From assembly GCA_022563255.1 (NCBI GenBank), contig JADFNS010000009.1, positions 7,295 to 71,294 of the forward strand: a stretch of DNA of 64,000 nt, given 5' to 3'. Each line of letters opens with the position of its first letter. Positions within the stretch are counted from its first letter, which is position 1. Shown in pieces: positions 10,320 to 19,046 of this stretch. The notes under the pieces are model-generated. The model worked only from the letters and a program-made list of their open reading frames with translations, was not told where the DNA came from and made no database searches. Source of the DNA: Pseudomonadota bacterium (lineage in GTDB: Bacteria; Pseudomonadota; Gammaproteobacteria; Steroidobacterales; Woeseiaceae). Made by a program: the position numbers and the translations under genes.

Positions 10320-11042
10320 TCATGCAGACGCGCGAAGAGCGCGGCCGTAAAGTTTTTCGTACCACGGCGAGCATTCTGCAAGTAGTGGCGCGAGGCTTTC
10401 CGGAAAACATTCCTTGTGATGATACCCGGAGAAACCCGTACTCTGGTGTACGGCTTGATACCAGTGTGGTGCCCAAACGCCATCTTCGGCACGCGGGCCA
10501 GGTTCCCAGCTCAGCATTGTATCCAGAAAGGGTACGTTCAGGTGCTCGCACAATTGTCGCAACACGGCTTGTGGATCCAGCAACAATTCCCGGGAATCAA
10601 GAATAGCAGGCCGCTGTCCCGCGGCATCAAGTTCCTCGAATAGTTGCCACTGCATTTTCAGTCCGGTGTCGGCCAGCGTCGCATCGGGCAGCTGAATCGT
10701 CAGCGACGGCAGCATCTGCTCCGGATCACGAATGAGAAAAATATGTTCAGTCTGCTGCAGAAAATCCTTGTCGATATCGACCAGATGGTGCGCCATCTGT
10801 TTTATGAAAAGGATATCGGGGCTGTCCGCAGATTGGACGAGCAGCTCGCGCATCACCTTGTTGCCGTCACACTCGACATTGGCTAACACTTCCTCACGGC
10901 CCGGATGAACGGTGCCGGTCACGCGCAAAAAATGCCCGTAAAGCGGCTCGTCGACGACGTGAGTGTCCGGTCGCTCGGCAAAACTGTACATGAGGGCGGT
11001 CGAAACATTCCGCGGGCCCGACCAAAGGCAGATCGTTTTCAT
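10320..11042 (-). CDS. sulfotransferase-like P-loop protein
   Basis: 240 aa. N-terminal LWSGPRNVSTALMYSF resembles a PAPS-binding 5'-PSB loop. Apparently co-transcribed with the aminotransferase. Confidence 0.55.
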   Translation of the reverse strand: MKTICLWSGPRNVSTALMYSFAERPDTHVVDEPLYGHFLRVTGTVHPGREEVLANVECDGNKVMRELLVQSADSPDILFIKQMAHHLVDIDKDFLQQTEHIFLIRDPEQMLPSLTIQLPDATLADTGLKMQWQLFEELDAAGQRPAILDSRELLLDPQAVLRQLCEHLNVPFLDTMLSWEPGPRAEDGVWAPHWYQAVHQSTGFSGYHHKECFPESLAPLLAECSPWYEKLYGRALRASA

Positions 11043-11506
11043 TCTCGATTTCCAAAATAATATGTCACGGTCCGGTGCCGCAGCAGTTCAGCGGCTACGT
11101 CGCTGGAAGGACTGTTGCGGATTGAAGAACGCCAGTCAAATGAGAATCTTCGATGCTCTATTGAATCCAGCCGCTTCTGGCCACCCTCAAACCTGCCGTT
11201 CGGTAGTATGGTGTACGCAGACTGCTTTTGACCCACTGCATCCGTTGAAATTAGTTCGATCGTGATTAACGAAATCGCCCACATTGACATCGATTCCAGA
11301 AAACGAAAAAAGGCAGGAAGATGAAGAAATCTCTCGTAATGTTTGGTTTGTTATCGGTTTTGTTCGCTACAGAGGCACGATCATCCAATGAAATGCTGAC
11401 CGCCGCTCTGGATGCGCAAGAAGCGTTTAAGAATGTCCAACGGTGTTGAAGCGATCAATGTAGCTGCATTGGCTCACTTGTTGGCATAGCTGTTGACTTG
11501 CTTTGA

Positions 11507-12487
11507 ATGAAAGACTCTATGAACAACTGCGAAATAGCCGTCGCCCCCATGATGGACTGGACGGACCGGCACTGCCGCTACTTCATGCGCTTGCTGAGCC
11601 CGTCAGCCGTTTTGTACACGGAGATGGTGACGGCGGCGGCGATTCATCATGGCGATGCCGGTCGATTGCTGCGCTTCAACGCGGAGGAGCATCCTCTCGT
11701 GCTGCAGATTGGCGGCAGCGAACCCGAGTGGATGGCGAGCGCAACACGCAAAGCAATTCACTACGGCTACGACGAAATCAACATCAACGTTGGCTGTCCC
11801 AGCGATCGTGTGCAGAGCGGTCAGTTCGGCGCCTGTCTCATGGCGCGTCCGGAAACCGTGGCCGAGTGTTATCGCGCCATGCGCCAGGAGACGGATATTC
11901 TGATCACGGTGAAGACCCGGATCGGCATCGACGACAATGACAGCTATGATTTCTTGCGAGGTTTCGTGGAACAACTCGCCGCGGCAGGCTGCAGCAAGTT
12001 TGACGTGCATGCGCGAATCGCGATTCTGGACGGCTTGAGCCCGAAAGAGAATCGGAGTATTCCGCCGCTTGATTACGCACGGGTGTACCGGCTCAAGCGA
12101 GACTTTCCGGAACTTACGATCGTGCTGAACGGTGGATTGACGACGATCGCCGAGGTTGAGGACGTTCTGCAACACGTTGATGGCGCGATGATTGGCCGGC
12201 AGGCTTATCACCGGCCGTATTTTCTGGCCGAACTTGAAAATCACTTCAACCCGGACTTTGCGTTGCCCAATCGTCGCGACATTGTTGAGCAAATATTGCC
12301 CTACATTGAGTCGGTGCTCGCCGCGGGCGAGCCGTTAGCGCGAGTAACGCGGCACATGCTCGGTCTTTATGCGGGCCAGCCCGGGGCAAGATCCTGGCGG
12401 CGATACATCAGCGAGCACGCTCATCTGCGCGACGCGGGACCGCAAGTGCTGATTAACGCGCTAAAGGCTATGCCATTAGCCGCCTAG
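11507..12487 (+). CDS. dusA: tRNA-dihydrouridine(20/20a) synthase
   Basis: 326 aa with [14 protein letters not shown] and a TIM-barrel Dus signature (NINVGCPS). Confidence 0.9.
   Translation: MKDSMNNCEIAVAPMMDWTDRHCRYFMRLLSPSAVLYTEMVTAAAIHHGDAGRLLRFNAEEHPLVLQIGGSEPEWMASATRKAIHYGYDEININVGCPSDRVQSGQFGACLMARPETVAECYRAMRQETDILITVKTRIGIDDNDSYDFLRGFVEQLAAAGCSKFDVHARIAILDGLSPKENRSIPPLDYARVYRLKRDFPELTIVLNGGLTTIAEVEDVLQHVDGAMIGRQAYHRPYFLAELENHFNPDFALPNRRDIVEQILPYIESVLAAGEPLARVTRHMLGLYAGQPGARSWRRYISEHAHLRDAGPQVLINALKAMPLAA
11537..11647 (+). repeat. direct repeat copy 2 (inside the intact dusA)
   Basis: See copy 1 at 9171..9281. Confidence 0.85.
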
Positions 12488-12545
12488 GCGGCTACAATGC
12501 ACGCCCCCTTGCAACGCCCCATGCAGACAGGAACGCAATTTTGAA

Positions 12546-13370
12546 ATGAGCGCCAAATCAGCGAGTAAGCGTCAGACGATGGCCGACAAGGCCGACATTC
12601 ACGAATTGTACGAACTGGCCGTACAAAACGTCGAACATGAAGTCGAATTTTTGCAGGCGACGTTCAAATCGCTTGCCGGCCGCACGGCCTATCTGTTTCG
12701 CGAAGACTTTTGTGGTACGGCAAGCGCCTCATGCGAGTGGGTGCGCCAGGGAAAAGAATTTCAGGCGATCGGTGTTGATATCGATGCGTCAGTACTTGAG
12801 TGGGGTAGAAAGAATCGCGTCAGCAAGCTGACGTCTGCGGATCAGGCGCGCGTGAGCCTGATCGAATCGGACGTACTGACGGTCGAGACGCCGCAGGTCG
12901 ATCTTCTGGCGGCATTCAATTTCAGTTTCTTTATCTTCGATACACGCGACAGGTTGCGCGCCTATTTCGAGCGCGCGTACGCGGCGCTCAAGGACGACGG
13001 TATTTTTTTCTGCGATATGTTTGGCGGACCCGAAGCGCAGGAAGAACAGAAAGAAAAAACCAAGCACAAAGAACACGGCTTTTCTTATATCTGGCACCAG
13101 TCGACATTCCACCCGGTCACGCATTTCATTCGTTGCCATATCCACTTCAAGTTCAAGGACGGTTCGAAGATCAAAAAGGCGTTCACGTACGAGTGGCGTC
13201 TGTGGTCGGCGCCCGAAATTTGTGAGCTGCTGCTGGAGGCGGGCTTTCAAAAAGCGACGGTTTACTGGGAAGGCGAAGATGAGGACGGCGAGGGCAATGG
13301 AGAATTCACGCCCGATGAGAAGGGCGAGGCGGATCTTGCGTGGATCGCCTATATCGTGGCCGAGAAATAG
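12546..13370 (+). CDS. class I SAM-dependent methyltransferase
   Basis: 274 aa. FREDFCGTASASCEWV...AIGVDID looks like SAM-binding motif I plus the acidic loop. Confidence 0.7.
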   Translation: MSAKSASKRQTMADKADIHELYELAVQNVEHEVEFLQATFKSLAGRTAYLFREDFCGTASASCEWVRQGKEFQAIGVDIDASVLEWGRKNRVSKLTSADQARVSLIESDVLTVETPQVDLLAAFNFSFFIFDTRDRLRAYFERAYAALKDDGIFFCDMFGGPEAQEEQKEKTKHKEHGFSYIWHQSTFHPVTHFIRCHIHFKFKDGSKIKKAFTYEWRLWSAPEICELLLEAGFQKATVYWEGEDEDGEGNGEFTPDEKGEADLAWIAYIVAEK

Positions 13371-13385
13371 TACTATTATCAGCTG

Positions 13386-14282
13386 ATGGCGAAAGATCTC
13401 GAGGTTGCAATTGTGTTTGCCGACGTTGTCGGCAGCACGCAGCTGTACGACAAGTACGGCGACACCAAAGCCAGCGAGACCGTTGCAGCTTGCCTCGATA
13501 TCATGAAAGACGCGACCTACCAGTTCAACGGCACGGTCATCAAAACGATTGGCGACGAGGTCATGTCGACATTCGAAACCGCGGACGAGGCGATGGGCGC
13601 GTGCGTGATGATGCAAAATCGCATTACCGCCACCAGCAAGATAGCGGACGGCATTCCCGTGTCGATTCGTATCGGTTGCCACTTCGGGCCCGTGGTGCAA
13701 GAGCAGAACGACATATTCGGCGCGGCCGTGCACACGGCCAATCGCATGACATCGCAGGCGAAAGCCCGGCAGATCGTCATATCCGGGTTTACCGTTGAGC
13801 AGATGAGTCCGGAGCTGCGCAATCAGACGCGCCAGATCGACCTGGCCACGGTGCGCGGTCGTGTCGATGAGGTCGCGCTGTTCGAGTTGGTTTGGCAGCC
13901 GGACGAGGCGACGAGCATGCTGCCGACGATCGGTTGGGAGAACAAAGGACGCCGGGCGTCGAAGCTGCTATTGAATTTCCGCGACACGACGCTCGAGATA
14001 TCGGATCAACGCAAGAGCATTAATTTAGGTCGCGCGGACGACAATGACCTCGTCGTTAAAGGAAATCTGATATCCAGAATTCACGCCCGGATCGAAATGC
14101 GGCGCGGCAAGTTTGTGCTGGTTGACCAGAGCACCAACGGCACGTTTCTGCACGACCTGCAGGGCAACGAGACCTTCGTTCGCCGTGACACGACCGAACT
14201 CGGGGCCGAAGGGACGATCGGTTTGGGGCGCGCCGAAGAGGCCGACTCTTCGCTGGCGATCTATTACAAGACGATCGATTAA
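13386..14282 (+). CDS. class III nucleotidyl cyclase domain fused to a C-terminal FHA domain
   Basis: Cyclase motifs VFADVVGST, IKTIGDEVM and NDIFGAAVHTANRM. FHA-like LGRADDNDLVV...ISRIHARI...LVDQSTNGTFL. Confidence 0.8.
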   Translation: MAKDLEVAIVFADVVGSTQLYDKYGDTKASETVAACLDIMKDATYQFNGTVIKTIGDEVMSTFETADEAMGACVMMQNRITATSKIADGIPVSIRIGCHFGPVVQEQNDIFGAAVHTANRMTSQAKARQIVISGFTVEQMSPELRNQTRQIDLATVRGRVDEVALFELVWQPDEATSMLPTIGWENKGRRASKLLLNFRDTTLEISDQRKSINLGRADDNDLVVKGNLISRIHARIEMRRGKFVLVDQSTNGTFLHDLQGNETFVRRDTTELGAEGTIGLGRAEEADSSLAIYYKTID

Positions 14283-16021
14283 CGCAGAGCCGCCAGAATA
14301 TTCCGTTGTTGTTCACGCAGCGCATCGGGCAGGCGGTCCCCGTAGCTCTCCAGATATTCGCCGACCGATTCCATTTCTGCACGCCACTGGGCGCGATCGA
14401 TTGAGGTTAAAGCCTGCATCGTTGCCGCGCTGATATCGAGGTCCGTGGTGTCGATATCGGCTGGATTTGGCAGGAATCCGATCGGCGTTTCGTTGGCAGC
14501 CACGCGATTTTCGCAGCGGTCGATGATCCAGCGCAGGACACGCAGATTTTCGCCAAAACCCGGCCACAGAAATTCGCCGGCGGCGTTTTGCCGGAACCAG
14601 TTGACGTGGAAAATTTTCGGCAGCTTGTCGCTGCGGGCGGCGAATGACAGCCAGTGCGCCCAGTAGTCACCGAAGTTATAGCCGCAAAAGGGCTTCATCG
14701 CCATCGGGTCGCGGCGTACAACGCCGACTTCGCCGGCGTTCGCAGCCGTCGTTTCTGATGCGACGCTAGCACCGACCAGTACGCCGTGCGCCCAGCTCTT
14801 GGCCTCGTACACCAGCGGCGCCAGCTCTTTGCGGCGGCCGCCGAAGACGATCGCTGCGATCGGCACGCCTTGCGGGGCGTCCGCCAGCGCCGAATAACTC
14901 GGGTTGTTGGTCGCGGCGACCGTAAAGCGTGAGTTCGGGTGCGCGGCCTTGCCATTGGCTGCGTCGAAGTCGCGTCCCTGCCAGTCCGTGGCAGGCTCGC
15001 CGTTCTTCTTGCCCTCCCACCACGGCTCCCCATCCTTAGTGACTGCGACGTTCGTGAAGATGGTGTCGTGCCGAATCATGTCGTAGGCATTTTTGTTGGT
15101 CGCTTCGTTGGTGCCGGGCACGACGCCGAAATAACCACTTTCCGGGTTGATCGCGCGCAGCCTGCCGTCGTCGTCGAGATGCAGCCAGGCGATGTCGTCT
15201 CCAAGCGTCCAGATTTTCCAGCCTGGCAAGGACTTGGGTGGAATCAACATCGCGAGGTTGGTTTTGCCGCAAGCGGAAGGAAACGCGCACGCGATGTAAT
15301 GGATCGCGCCCTCGGGGCTTTCGAGGCCGACGATCAGCATGTGCTCAGCCAACCAGCCTTCCTGGCGTGCCTGGTGACTGGCGATACGCAGCGCATGGCA
15401 TTTTTTGCCGAGCAGCGCGTTGCCGCCGTAGCCTGAGCCGATGCTCTTGATCGACAGCTCGGCCGGGAAATGCATGATCAGCCGCCGCTCGGGATCCAGA
15501 TCGCCGGTCGAGTGCAGTCCCTTGACAAAAGTTTTATCATTTTCAATGCGTTGCAACGCTTTCTCGCCCATGCGAGTCATGAGCTTCATGTTGATGACGA
15601 CGTAGGGGCTGTCGGTAATCTCGACCCCGCAACGGGCGTACGGTGAGTCGATCGGGCCCATGCAATAGGGGATGACGTACATTGTGCGGCCCTGCATGCA
15701 GCCATCGAACAGCGCGTCGATTTTGGCGTGTGCGGCATCCGGGTCCATCCAGTTGTTGTTGGGCCCGGCGTCCGTTTCGTCGGCTGTGCAGATGAAAGTC
15801 AGGTGCTCCACGCGGGCGACGTCACTGGGGTCGGAACGATGCAAATAACAATTCGGGTATTGGGCCTGGTTCAGGGTCGTGAGCGTGCCGTCGGCGAGCA
15901 TGGATTCGATCAGCTCCTGGTACTCCGCGTCGGTTCCGGTACACCAGCGAACGGCATCGGGTTGGGTGAGTTTTGCGACCTGGTCTACCCAGGATTGCAA
16001 CGCCGATAATTGGGTCATCAT
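14279..16021 (-). CDS. pckG: phosphoenolpyruvate carboxykinase (GTP)
   Basis: GTP-PEPCK signatures are present ([23 protein letters not shown]). ATG-ATG at 16021/16018 chosen ([11 protein letters not shown]). Confidence 0.9.
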   Translation of the reverse strand: MMTQLSALQSWVDQVAKLTQPDAVRWCTGTDAEYQELIESMLADGTLTTLNQAQYPNCYLHRSDPSDVARVEHLTFICTADETDAGPNNNWMDPDAAHAKIDALFDGCMQGRTMYVIPYCMGPIDSPYARCGVEITDSPYVVINMKLMTRMGEKALQRIENDKTFVKGLHSTGDLDPERRLIMHFPAELSIKSIGSGYGGNALLGKKCHALRIASHQARQEGWLAEHMLIVGLESPEGAIHYIACAFPSACGKTNLAMLIPPKSLPGWKIWTLGDDIAWLHLDDDGRLRAINPESGYFGVVPGTNEATNKNAYDMIRHDTIFTNVAVTKDGEPWWEGKKNGEPATDWQGRDFDAANGKAAHPNSRFTVAATNNPSYSALADAPQGVPIAAIVFGGRRKELAPLVYEAKSWAHGVLVGASVASETTAANAGEVGVVRRDPMAMKPFCGYNFGDYWAHWLSFAARSDKLPKIFHVNWFRQNAAGEFLWPGFGENLRVLRWIIDRCENRVAANETPIGFLPNPADIDTTDLDISAATMQALTSIDRAQWRAEMESVGEYLESYGDRLPDALREQQRNILAALR

Positions 16022-16150
16022 TGGTGGAGTCTCTGAAGGTGGTTTTCGTTTTCGGCTGACTTTGCCATTCGCCCTGAACAGGTGCCGCATTATACTGATG
16101 CGCAGCACAAATGCAGTACCCAATATCCTTTGGCGGTGCGGTATCCGCCG

Positions 16151-16166
16151 TGTGAGACGCGTCACA
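16151..16166. promoter_or_regulatory. CRP/Vfr-type site 1: TGTGA-GACGCG-TCACA
   Basis: Perfect match to the TGTGA-N6-TCACA core, in the pckG/DUF11-operon divergent intergenic region. Confidence 0.55.
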
Positions 16167-16173
16167 GTCCGAG

Positions 16174-16189
16174 TGTGAGGAGTATCACA
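16174..16189. promoter_or_regulatory. CRP/Vfr-type site 2: TGTGA-GGAGTA-TCACA
   Basis: Second perfect core, 23 bp centre-to-centre from site 1. Its centre falls at -41.5 relative to a start site inferred from TATTAT at 16211-16216. Confidence 0.55.
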
Positions 16190-16315
16190 ATCTGTGCACA
16201 AAACTGGCGATATTATGGAAACTCAGCCCATAATCCGCGACATTCAATATCAATGACTTGCGACACATCCTTTTGGTGTGTCCTCGCGTAGTGTGGACGG
16301 CAGGCAATACTCAAG

Positions 16316-17338
16316 GTGGATTGGCAGATTCAAAACAAACGGGAAACTCAAAGGCGGCTGTTGCTGCAGTTCGTCACGACCGTGACGCTGCTGCTGAGCG
16401 GCCTCTCTGCAATGGCGACGGGTACGCCAGCAGGCACGGTTATCCAGAACTCCGCGACCATTGATTTCGATCTGGGCGGTACGCCGATCACTTTGACGTC
16501 CAATACGACGTCGATAACGGTCGCTGAACGTATTGACGTGACGGTCACGCTGCAAAGTGCGCAGGTTCAAGTTAGCGCCGGCGATACGATTCGAGCCATA
16601 CTGTTCCGCGTTACCAATATCGGCAACGGCACGGAGACGTTCCAGCTCGCAATCGACAGCGTGCTGGCCGGAGACGATTTCGATCCGCTTCCCTCGGCGC
16701 CTGATGCCATCTTTTTCGATACTGACGGCAGCGGTGACTTCAATATCGCCAACGACCTGCCGTATTCGCCGGGCGCAAACGATCCGAACCTGGCTGCAGA
16801 CGCTTCCGTTGATATTTTCCTGGTTAACGATATTCCAGGAACGGTCGTCAACGGCAATATTGGCCGCACTGAGCTCACGGCGACCTCTGCAACGGGCACC
16901 GGCGCGCCGGGTACCGTGTTCCCTGGACTCGGAGACGGCGGCGTTGACGCCGTCGTGGGCACCACCGGTGGTCAGGCTGCCGACGTTGGCGAGTACATCG
17001 TCGTTGACGTGCAGGCGAACTTCGTCAAGTCGCAGCTGGTCAACGATCAGTTTGGCGGCACTGAGCCAATTCCCGGCGCCACGATTACCTACACGGTCAC
17101 GATCGAGATTACTTCGGCTGGCACGGCGACCGCCAGTGTGTTCAGAGATGTGGTCCCGGCAAATTCCACCTACGTTGCCGGCAGCATATTGCTGAACGCC
17201 GCGTCGCTTTCCGACGCTATCGACGCGGACGCCGGCGAATTCGATACGTCCGGGGCGCCGACGATCGTCGTACGGCTGGGAGACCTGACGTCGGCGGACG
17301 GCGTTCAAACCGTCGAGTTCCAGGTGACGATTAACTAA
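16316..17338 (+). CDS. secreted DUF11-repeat protein A (subunit-like, two domains)
   Basis: GTG start. Signal ...LLLSGLSAMA|TGT. DUF11/TIGR01451 signature PGATITYTVTIEITSAGTATASVFRDVVPANSTYV. Ends VEFQVTIN. Confidence 0.75.
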   Translation: MDWQIQNKRETQRRLLLQFVTTVTLLLSGLSAMATGTPAGTVIQNSATIDFDLGGTPITLTSNTTSITVAERIDVTVTLQSAQVQVSAGDTIRAILFRVTNIGNGTETFQLAIDSVLAGDDFDPLPSAPDAIFFDTDGSGDFNIANDLPYSPGANDPNLAADASVDIFLVNDIPGTVVNGNIGRTELTATSATGTGAPGTVFPGLGDGGVDAVVGTTGGQAADVGEYIVVDVQANFVKSQLVNDQFGGTEPIPGATITYTVTIEITSAGTATASVFRDVVPANSTYVAGSILLNAASLSDAIDADAGEFDTSGAPTIVVRLGDLTSADGVQTVEFQVTIN

Positions 17339-17362
17339 TTGATGTGAGCTAAGGAGCGAATG

Positions 17363-17839
17363 ATGAAAATTTTGACAGGACTGATGCTGACGATGTTTGC
17401 CTGCATCGCAGTGGCACAGGATCCGGTCCATCTGGATGTGCGCACGATCGTGCAGAAGGAAGAGATCGTCGTCAACGCCGCTGGGGACACGGAGACGAAG
17501 CTGGTCACAGCCGAGACCGTAGCTCCGGGCGAAAGCGTGTTCTACACGATTACTTTCACCAATGTGAGTGACGAGGTCGCCGACAACGTCGTGATCACCA
17601 ACCCGATCGCGTCTGAATTGACCTACATCGATGGTTCGGCTTTCGGGCCGGGCATGGACATCCTGTTTTCCGTGGATGGCGGACAAACATTCGCCGCAGC
17701 GGGCGAACTTAAGGTGACCGAGGACGGTCAGGAACGCGTCGCGACGGCGAGTGACTTCACACATGTTCGCTGGATCATGCAGAACGACTTGCAAGCCGGC
17801 GCGCAGGGTATCGCGCGCTTTGCCGCCGTCCTCAACTGA
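17363..17839 (+). CDS. secreted single-domain DUF11 protein B
   Basis: AAGGAG 6 nt upstream (alternative ATG at 17360). Signal MKILTGLMLTMFACIAVA|QDP. PGESVFYTITFTNVSDEVADNVVITNP. Ends ARFAAVLN. Confidence 0.75.
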   Translation: MKILTGLMLTMFACIAVAQDPVHLDVRTIVQKEEIVVNAAGDTETKLVTAETVAPGESVFYTITFTNVSDEVADNVVITNPIASELTYIDGSAFGPGMDILFSVDGGQTFAAAGELKVTEDGQERVATASDFTHVRWIMQNDLQAGAQGIARFAAVLN

Positions 17840-17853
17840 ATAATTTTTGAACC

Positions 17854-17877
17854 GAGCGGTCTTTATTTGGGCCGCTC
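17854..17877 (+). terminator. weak hairpin after gene B (gagcggtc-N8-ggccgctc), no clean T-tract
   Basis: 8-bp stem including one G-U pair, followed by aaatttgatgtt. Confidence 0.3.
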
Positions 17878-17909
17878 AAATTTGATGTTAAGCAAAAAGG
17901 AGTACCGTG

Positions 17910-19046
17910 ATGAAAACTGTAGGACACAAAATCGGAAATCTGCTTCGGTTTGGTGCTGTCGCAGTGGCGCTGTTGCTTGGGCAACAGGCGTTCGCTGTGG
18001 GTACCGACGCCGGAACCTCGATTTCCAACTCAGCGTCAGTCGTTTATGACGTGAATGGCGCCACTCAGACGGCCGTAGCTTCGACTGTTGCGACGTTTAC
18101 AGTGGATCGTATCGTCAGCTTTACGCTGGTACAGCAGGGCGCCGCGGACACGATTACGAGTCCGGGAGCGTTCAATGCTGCGACTGCGTTCGAATTGACG
18201 AACACGGGCAATTCGCCGCTGGACTTCAGTCTGTCTGCCATCAACCTGGCTGCCGGAATTGTCGTCAATTCCACGGCCGATGACGCGGACATGGATGCGA
18301 CCTTCGAGTTTGCGGTTGCCAACGGCGATGGTGCCGGTGGTACGCCGATTCCCGGAACGGATCTGACGTTCGTTGACGGCCTCGCCGAAGACGCGACGGT
18401 TGTTATTTGGGTTTTGGCTGACGCGCCGTTGACATTGATCAACGGTCAGATTGCCAACATCGAATTGACAGCAACTGCCGCCGATCCTGGCGCGGGTGTG
18501 AATCCGGCTCCGGACTCCTCCCTGGGTGTCGACCTGACCGCATCCGTCGCGGATGGCGATCAGGCCATCGACGTTGTCTTCAACGACGCTGGCAGAGACG
18601 GCTTCGAGGCGGCTCGAGACGGCTACGCCATTGTTTCGGCAAGCCTGACGATCACCAAGACGGCCCTCATTATCGATGATCCCGTTAACGCGGTGGCACC
18701 GTTCTTTGCGATTCCGGGAGCGACGATCGAATACACGATCAACATCGCCAACACCGGTACCGTGGATGCGACCGATATCGTGATCAGCGATACGCTGGAT
18801 GCGAATCTGATCTTCCAGGTCGGCGCCTACAGCGATGCCGGTACTCCGGTTGACGTTTCCATCGGCGGCACTACTTTCTGTATCGCTGATGCAGCGGATG
18901 CCGACGGTGATGGCTGCGCGCTCGACGGCGCAATCCTGACGATCGGCGGTGCGGACTGGACCGTTACTTCGCCTGCCGCGCCGATCAATGTCGCTGCGGG
19001 TACGAATATCGATATCACCTTCCAGGTCGTCATAAACGCCACTTAA
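17910..19046 (+). CDS. secreted DUF11-repeat protein C (subunit-like, paralogue of A)
   Basis: AAGGAG 7 nt upstream of the ATG (GTG at 17907 also possible). Signal ...LLGQQAFA|VGT. PGATIEYTINIANTGTVDATDIVISDTLD. Ends ITFQVVINAT. Confidence 0.75.
   Translation: MKTVGHKIGNLLRFGAVAVALLLGQQAFAVGTDAGTSISNSASVVYDVNGATQTAVASTVATFTVDRIVSFTLVQQGAADTITSPGAFNAATAFELTNTGNSPLDFSLSAINLAAGIVVNSTADDADMDATFEFAVANGDGAGGTPIPGTDLTFVDGLAEDATVVIWVLADAPLTLINGQIANIELTATAADPGAGVNPAPDSSLGVDLTASVADGDQAIDVVFNDAGRDGFEAARDGYAIVSASLTITKTALIIDDPVNAVAPFFAIPGATIEYTINIANTGTVDATDIVISDTLDANLIFQVGAYSDAGTPVDVSIGGTTFCIADAADADGDGCALDGAILTIGGADWTVTSPAAPINVAAGTNIDITFQVVINAT

Larger units (their letters stand above)
9282..11536. mobile_element. 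putative remnant of a dusA-targeting genomic islet. No integrase detectable.
   Basis: Bracketed by the dusA 5' direct repeats. It has AT-rich junctions (9300-9395, 11043-11500) and two lower-GC cargo genes. Confidence 0.4.

Noticed and set aside
11321-11449. 42-codon ORF with an RBS-like AGGCAGGAAG and a signal-like N-terminus inside the islet's AT-rich edge.
   Set aside because: It is too short, with no recognisable family and no conservation evidence available. It is mentioned in a finding but not annotated as a gene.
12546-14282. Possible cyclic-nucleotide antiphage system (Pycsar/CBASS-like), based on the cyclase next to a methyltransferase.
   Set aside because: No adjacent effector is present: no cNMP-binding TM or TIR protein, nuclease or patatin. 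The cyclase is fused to FHA, and the neighbours are a generic SAM methyltransferase and pckG. The evidence does not support a defence-system call.
16250-17794. 514-aa minus-strand ORF antisense to DUF11 genes A and B. Similar long antisense ORFs occur at 18036-19337, 22024-23079, 23131-25158 and 24993-27086.
   Set aside because: These are shadow ORFs typical of GC-rich coding DNA. Their translations are Arg/Gly/Asp-rich and low in complexity, with no motifs. The opposite strand carries clearly recognisable domains.
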